Assembly (NCBI GenBank): GCA_964543385.1
Contig: CAZIYE010000001.1
Location: 570,001 to 602,000 of the forward strand
Origin: an uncultured Candidatus Saccharibacteria bacterium
GTDB lineage: Bacteria > Patescibacteriota > UBA1384 > XYA2-FULL-43-10 > 1-14-0-10-43-13
Length of the DNA: 32,000 nt
Direction: 5' to 3'
Below, one piece after another: positions 27,114 to 32,000 of this stretch (positions are counted from its first letter, which is position 1; each line of letters starts with the position of its first letter). A program made the translations under genes and the position numbers. Under the pieces are notes generated by a model, which saw nothing but the letters and a program-made list of their open reading frames with translations, made no database searches and was not told the DNA's origin.

Positions 27114-27135
27114 AGGCTCCGATTCATCGGAGCCT
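27114..27135 (+). terminator. Hairpin after rpsO (attenuator, terminator or processing site before pnp)
   Basis: AGGCTCCGA-TTCA-TCGGAGCCT, perfect 9-bp stem with no strong T-tract. Confidence 0.55.
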
Positions 27136-27231
27136 CTCTTAGTTCATTGAAAAATTTATTAATTTAAAGAGATGCAAGTTTCTAGTTTCTAATTACAAAT
27201 TTCTAATCGAAATAGGGATCTTTGAAAATTG

Positions 27232-27263
27232 ATTGGAAATTGAAAATTGGATATTGGAAATTG
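27232..27263. repeat. Short AT-rich repeat upstream of pnp
   Basis: ATTGGAAATTG at 27232-27242 and 27253-27263 (21 bp apart), with related TTTCTAAT/ACAAATTTCTAAT inverted-like elements at about 27180-27208. Confidence 0.7.
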
Positions 27264-27283
27264 CTCTCCAGGGAAGGACCTTT

Positions 27284-29437
27284 ATGGTTAAGAAAATGGA
27301 ATTCAAAACTCGTTCATACGAGGTTGATTTTGGTGGGGAAAAAATAATGCTCGAGACGGGCAAATTGGCAGGTCTTGCTAGCGGTTCAATTACTGCTAGA
27401 TACAAAGATACTGTTGTATTGGCAACTGTTTGTCTGGCTGCTGAGCCAAAAGAAGGGATGGATTTCTTCCCGCTCATGGTGGAGTTTGAGGAGAGATTTT
27501 ATGCTGCTGGCAAAATTTCAGGTAGTCGTTTTATTAAGAGAGAGGGTAGACCATCCGATGCTGCCGTTTTGGCTGGCCGTAAGATTGATCGTCCGATTAG
27601 ACCCCTTTTTCCAAAAAGCTACCGAAATGATGTTCAGATTATTATAACGGCTCTATCGTATGATGGTTCAATAAATATTGATGTTCTCGGCACTTTTGCT
27701 GCTTCCGCTGCTTTAATGCAGACAAATGCTCCTTTCAAAGGTCCGATTGCCTCAGTCAACGTCGGTATGATTGATGATAAATTTGTTCTTAACATGGATG
27801 AAGACCAGCAAGAATTATCTAAATTGAACCTAACTTTTGCTGCTACTGCCGAACGCATTATGATGATTGAGACCGAAGCAAATGAAGTTAGTGAAGAGCA
27901 AGTTTTTGAGGCAATGCAATTTGGTCACAAAGCTATCCAACCGCTTATTCAACTTCAGCACAAGATTGCCGAGGATCATTCACGAGAAGTCGCTGCTGAA
28001 GCTACTGAGGAAAAAATTGTTGGTGTTCATGCCGAGGTATATAATCTAGTTGCTGACAAAATCAAGGATGCTATGGTCGCACTTGATAAACAAGAGCGAG
28101 AGTCAAAACTTAAATCTTATGAACAGGAAGTACTCGACTCTCTCGATGGTGCTTATAAACAAATTGATATCAAAAATGCTTTTACTAAGATTGTTGAAAA
28201 AGAAATCAGACGGCTGATTCTTGAAAAAGGCATACGACCAGATGGTCGAGGTATCGAAGAGATTAGACCTATAGGTGTCGAAGTTGGCATTCTTCCACGA
28301 CCTCATGGCTCCGCCTTATTTACTCGTGGCCAAACCCAGGCTTTAACCGTTGCTACCCTTGCTTCTCCTGGTTTTGAACAATTGATTGATACTATGGAGG
28401 GCGAAAGTACCAAGAGATTTATGCATCACTATAATTTCCCACCATATTCAACTGGTGAGGTTAGACCTCTTAGAGGCACCGGCCGACGTGAAGTTGGACA
28501 TGGTTACCTTGCCGAAAAAGCATTGAAGCCAATGATTCCTGACTCTGAGTCATTTCCTTATACTATCCGCTTAGTTTCAGAAATTTTGAGCTCAAATGGT
28601 TCTAGTTCAATGGCAGCAACTTGTGGTTCTACTCTTGCGCTTATGGACGCTGGTATCCCTATTAAAAAACCTGTCTCTGGTATTGCTATGGGTCTTGTGA
28701 CTGACGAAGATATCTCTAAATATAAGGTTTTGATGGATCTCCAGGGTCTTGAAGACTTTGCGGGTGATATGGATTTCAAAATAGCCGGTACAAGTGATGG
28801 CATTACTGCTATTCAGATGGACACCAAGCTCACTGGATTAACATATGATATTATCAGAGACACATTTGCTATGGCTAAAAAGGGCCGAGCTGATATTCTG
28901 GCGGCTATGCTAGAGATAATCCCAGAGCCAAGAGCAAATCTCTCTAAATATGCTCCTAGAATTGAAGCGATAAAGATTAATCCTGATAAGATTGGTGAAT
29001 TGATTGGCCCAGGCGGCAAAAATATCAAGAAGCTTGTCGAAGAGTGCGGTGGCAAAGAAATTTGTAGCATTGATATCGAAGATGATGGCACAGTTATGAT
29101 CTCCTCAATTGATCCAGAAATGGGCGCAAAGGCAATATCAATGGTTAAATCAATGACTCGAGAAGTACAGGTCGGCGAAATACTGACCGGAGAGATTATT
29201 GATATTAAGAAAGATCGTATGACTGGCAAGGAGATTGGTGCAATCTTCGCTATCTCTCCAAAACAAGATGGCATGATCCATATCTCTCAGATCGCAAATG
29301 AGAGAGTTGAAAAAGTATCTGACAAGCTAAAAATTGGCCAGACTGTCACAGTAAAAGTTATCGAAGTCGATCCAATGAAGGGCAGAGTTTCTCTCTCTAT
29401 AAAGGCTTTACTTGACAATAGTCAGGACCGACAATAA
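27284..29437 (+). CDS. pnp: Polynucleotide phosphorylase
   Basis: EGMDFFPLMVEFEERFYAAGKISGSRF, RPIRPLFP, HHYNFPPYSTGEVRPLRGTGRREVGHG, IGPGGKNIKKL (KH) and S1 region. ATG 27284 has a ggaagg SD; tracked start 27233 lies in the low-complexity repeat. Confidence 0.96.
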   Translation: MVKKMEFKTRSYEVDFGGEKIMLETGKLAGLASGSITARYKDTVVLATVCLAAEPKEGMDFFPLMVEFEERFYAAGKISGSRFIKREGRPSDAAVLAGRKIDRPIRPLFPKSYRNDVQIIITALSYDGSINIDVLGTFAASAALMQTNAPFKGPIASVNVGMIDDKFVLNMDEDQQELSKLNLTFAATAERIMMIETEANEVSEEQVFEAMQFGHKAIQPLIQLQHKIAEDHSREVAAEATEEKIVGVHAEVYNLVADKIKDAMVALDKQERESKLKSYEQEVLDSLDGAYKQIDIKNAFTKIVEKEIRRLILEKGIRPDGRGIEEIRPIGVEVGILPRPHGSALFTRGQTQALTVATLASPGFEQLIDTMEGESTKRFMHHYNFPPYSTGEVRPLRGTGRREVGHGYLAEKALKPMIPDSESFPYTIRLVSEILSSNGSSSMAATCGSTLALMDAGIPIKKPVSGIAMGLVTDEDISKYKVLMDLQGLEDFAGDMDFKIAGTSDGITAIQMDTKLTGLTYDIIRDTFAMAKKGRADILAAMLEIIPEPRANLSKYAPRIEAIKINPDKIGELIGPGGKNIKKLVEECGGKEICSIDIEDDGTVMISSIDPEMGAKAISMVKSMTREVQVGEILTGEIIDIKKDRMTGKEIGAIFAISPKQDGMIHISQIANERVEKVSDKLKIGQTVTVKVIEVDPMKGRVSLSIKALLDNSQDRQ

Positions 29438-29474
29438 AGGTTTTAGTATAGAATATTTGACCTACCAGAATAAA

Positions 29475-29508
29475 GAATACCTCCCCTAAAAAGGGGAGGT
29501 ATTCTTGT
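29475..29508 (+). terminator. Hairpin terminator after pnp
   Basis: AAGAATACCTCCCC-TAAAAA-GGGGAGGTATTCTT, perfect 14-bp stem. Confidence 0.8.
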
Positions 29509-29646
29509 CTAACAGTTTGTATGTTGACTGCTTAACAGTTGACAAATGTTGTGATATCTGGTAATTTTATATCAAATAATAAATTTTGAACTCCAAAAAA
29601 ATTATTGACCACACTATTTGATTTATTTTCTACATTTTTTCTTTGA

Positions 29647-30276
29647 ATGGACGATTTAGATAAAAGAAGAGAGCTAAAAGAGATCCGAGAGGAGGTTGCC
29701 CCTTGTCTTAAGTGTTCTCTTTCAAAAACTAGAAAGAATGCAGTTCCTGGCGAAGGAAATCATTTGGCTAAAATTATGTTTATTGGTGAAGCGCCGGGTG
29801 CCACCGAAGATGAAAAGGGAATACCTTTTTGCGGCGCTGCAGGCAAATTTCTTGACGAAATGCTTTCAAGTATCGGTTTGAACCGCGAGAACATTTTTAT
29901 TACCAATACCGTCAAGTGTCGTCCTCCGGGAAATCGTGATCCTGAGGATTCTGAAAAGATTGCTTGTAGACCATATCTAGAGCACCAGGTTGCTCTTATC
30001 AAGCCGAAATTGATCATTGCCCTTGGGCGACATGCAGCAGCTTCCCTATTACCAGGCCAGCCGAGCATCTCTAAAATTCATGGCAAGGCACTGCAAAGGC
30101 CAAATGGAATAGTTTATTTGCCTTTATATCATCCAGCTGCTGCGCTGCATAACGGCGGGCTAAGGCAAACACTAATGGATGATTTCTCCAAGATTCCAGT
30201 CATCCTCAAAAAAATAGAAGAAAAAGAGTCAAATAATTATACAGAAGAAGAATTAAAACAAGAAAAATTAATATAA
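29647..30276 (+). CDS. Type-4 uracil-DNA glycosylase (Fe-S)
   Basis: CLKCSLSKTRKNAVPGEG, MFIGEAPGATEDEKGIPFCGAAGKFLDEML, TNTVKCRPPGNRDP, LPLYHPAAAL. Confidence 0.94.
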   Translation: MDDLDKRRELKEIREEVAPCLKCSLSKTRKNAVPGEGNHLAKIMFIGEAPGATEDEKGIPFCGAAGKFLDEMLSSIGLNRENIFITNTVKCRPPGNRDPEDSEKIACRPYLEHQVALIKPKLIIALGRHAAASLLPGQPSISKIHGKALQRPNGIVYLPLYHPAAALHNGGLRQTLMDDFSKIPVILKKIEEKESNNYTEEELKQEKLI

Positions 30277-30300
30277 AGAAAACAAACTATAAGGAAATTA

Positions 30301-32000
30301 ATGCAAAATGAAATTAAGACCACTGCTAGTGGTGAAAAGAAACAAATTGTACCAGAGAGAAATAATGTTCTCGATAAAGTACTAAAGGATGACGGGGTTA
30401 GCTCCCGCTATCAAAATAATAATAATGGTCAGAAAAGACCGGCTAATGCTAATAGAAATATGGAACCTCGCTATACAGCGCAGGTTGCCCCTAACTCGGC
30501 ACAGAAGAAAAGTGAAGAGCCACGTTTTACTGCTCAACAAGTTGATCCAAATGCTTACAAGTCAAAGTTTTTTTACGAACCAAAACTAAAAATTATTCCA
30601 CTTGGTGGCGTAGAGGAAACGGGTGGCAAGAACTGTACTGTTATTGAATATAAAGATGATATTCTAGTTATAGATATGGGCTTTATGTTCCCAGACGAGA
30701 GTATGCCAGGTGTTGATTATGTAATCCCTGATGTTACTTATTTGGAACAAAATAAGAAAAAAATCAGAGGTTTGATCATAACTCATGGTCATTTGGATCA
30801 TATTGGCGCTATCCCTTATGTCTATGAGAAAATAGGCTCCCCAACTATCTATTCAGCACCATTAACGCTAGGTTTGATTAAAAGCAAGCTCGAAGAGTTT
30901 GGTCTTGATAAAGTAGTCAAAGTTGCTTCAATTAACTGTGGAGTCGATATTCTTCAGCTTGGTTGTTTCAAAGTTGAGAGTTTTAAGGTAAATCATAGTA
31001 TCCCTCAAGCAATGGGTTTCGCTATCACGACCCCAGAGGGCGTTATCGTTAACACTGGCGACTTCAAATTTGATCATACCCCTGCTGATGGTAAATCTGT
31101 TGATTTTTCTGCCATCGCTAAAATTGGCGACAAAAAGCCGATCCTTTTGATGTCGGATTCGACAAACATAGAAAAACCAGGAGTATCTATATCTGAAAAA
31201 GTTTTGGAAGATTCCTTGATGTCTGTCATGGAAAATGCACAAAACAGACTCATTGTCTCCACATTCTCGACCCTTATTGGTCGTATTCAACAAATTCTAA
31301 ATGTGTCCAAGAAGATTGATAGAAAAGTATGTTTTGTTGGTAGAAGTATGGCTACAACTGTGGAGATTGCAATATCTCTGGAAGCCCTTATAATTCCCAA
31401 GGACACTATCATCGATGTTAAGGATTTGAATAAGTATCCTGATAACAGAGTTGTTATCGTCTGTACCGGCTCTCAGGGTGAGGATAATGCTGCTCTGACT
31501 CGTATTGCAACTGGCGAGCATCGTCAAGTAAAGATGAAAAAAGGTGATCTTGTGATCCTTTCATCATCTCCAATTCCAGGTAACGAGCGTGCAGTTTCCG
31601 GTCTTATGGACAATCTTTTCCGTGCTGGTGCGCAGGTTGTCTACCAAAAATTAATGGATGTTCATACCTCTGGTCATGCAAATCAGGAGGACTTGAAGTT
31701 AATGCTTGCCTTAATCAAGCCTAAATATTTTATGCCTGTTCACGGTGAACGTTTCAGGCTTATGTTGCATAGTCAGATTGCTCAAAGCATGGGCGTAGTA
31801 GACGAAGAGCATTGTCTTGTCGCTGATGACGGCCAAACTATTGAATTCAGTAAAGGTAAGGGAGAAGTTACTAATAAACGTGTTCCAGCCTCATATGTCA
31901 TGGTTGACGGTTTGGGTGTTGGTGATGTCGGTAATATAGTACTTCGTGATCGTAAGGCAATGGCCCAAGATGGTATCTTTGTGGTTATTGTTACCGTTGA
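30301..32000 (+). CDS. rnj: Ribonuclease J, 3' partial (runs off the window; not in ORF track)
   Basis: ATG preceded by aaggaaatta; IIPLGGVEETGGKNCTVIEY, ITHGHLDHIGAIPY, VNTGDFKFDHTP, CTGSQGEDNAALTRIA. Confidence 0.95.
   Translation, partial: MQNEIKTTASGEKKQIVPERNNVLDKVLKDDGVSSRYQNNNNGQKRPANANRNMEPRYTAQVAPNSAQKKSEEPRFTAQQVDPNAYKSKFFYEPKLKIIPLGGVEETGGKNCTVIEYKDDILVIDMGFMFPDESMPGVDYVIPDVTYLEQNKKKIRGLIITHGHLDHIGAIPYVYEKIGSPTIYSAPLTLGLIKSKLEEFGLDKVVKVASINCGVDILQLGCFKVESFKVNHSIPQAMGFAITTPEGVIVNTGDFKFDHTPADGKSVDFSAIAKIGDKKPILLMSDSTNIEKPGVSISEKVLEDSLMSVMENAQNRLIVSTFSTLIGRIQQILNVSKKIDRKVCFVGRSMATTVEIAISLEALIIPKDTIIDVKDLNKYPDNRVVIVCTGSQGEDNAALTRIATGEHRQVKMKKGDLVILSSSPIPGNERAVSGLMDNLFRAGAQVVYQKLMDVHTSGHANQEDLKLMLALIKPKYFMPVHGERFRLMLHSQIAQSMGVVDEEHCLVADDGQTIEFSKGKGEVTNKRVPASYVMVDGLGVGDVGNIVLRDRKAMAQDGIFVVIVTV

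Noticed and set aside
27233-27283. N-terminal extension of PNPase (MEIENWILEIALQGRTF)
   Set aside because: It is translated from a low-complexity repeat spacer; ATG 27284 has a good SD and matches the expected PNPase start.
1-31500. UGA recoding (as in Gracilibacteria/Absconditabacteria)
   Set aside because: Conserved genes are full length under the standard code and I found none interrupted by TGA; only absence of TGA stops was seen.
1-32000. CRISPR array, transposon ends, phage cassette, toxin-antitoxin or retron
   Set aside because: No regularly spaced repeats, transposase, integrase, reverse transcriptase or Cas-like motif was found by eye. The short repeats present are isolated pairs.

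Overview
This AT-rich window has the gene content and compact layout of a reduced bacterial genome, possibly Patescibacteria/CPR (inference; no marker search was run). It starts inside groEL and ends inside an RNase J gene. Minus-strand block: PRC-barrel protein, efp, rpsR, ssb, rpsF, ychF. Plus-strand block: a 1875-aa protein with a C-terminal nucleotidyltransferase-like motif, a CDF transporter, a two-ORF polA, holA, a DUF2207-like protein and lepB. Second minus-strand block: small anchored protein, rpsT, NAD-dependent epimerase, a very divergent 852-aa phosphohexomutase-like protein, manC-like gene, LiaF-like and PspC-like proteins. Final plus-strand block: DHH/DHHA1 phosphoesterase, rpsO, pnp, type-4 UDG, rnj. 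The most unusual items are: (1) the 1875-aa protein; (2) a compact GC-rich unit at 5369-5690 missed by the ORF track, with a near-consensus promoter, strong SD, a 54-aa basic ORF and a hairpin; (3) polA split into exonuclease and polymerase ORFs with no 3'-5' exonuclease domain; (4) the divergent phosphohexomutase; (5) candidate structured leaders before rpsF and rpsO. I saw no CRISPR array, transposase, tRNA or rRNA, and no clear multi-gene defence system.
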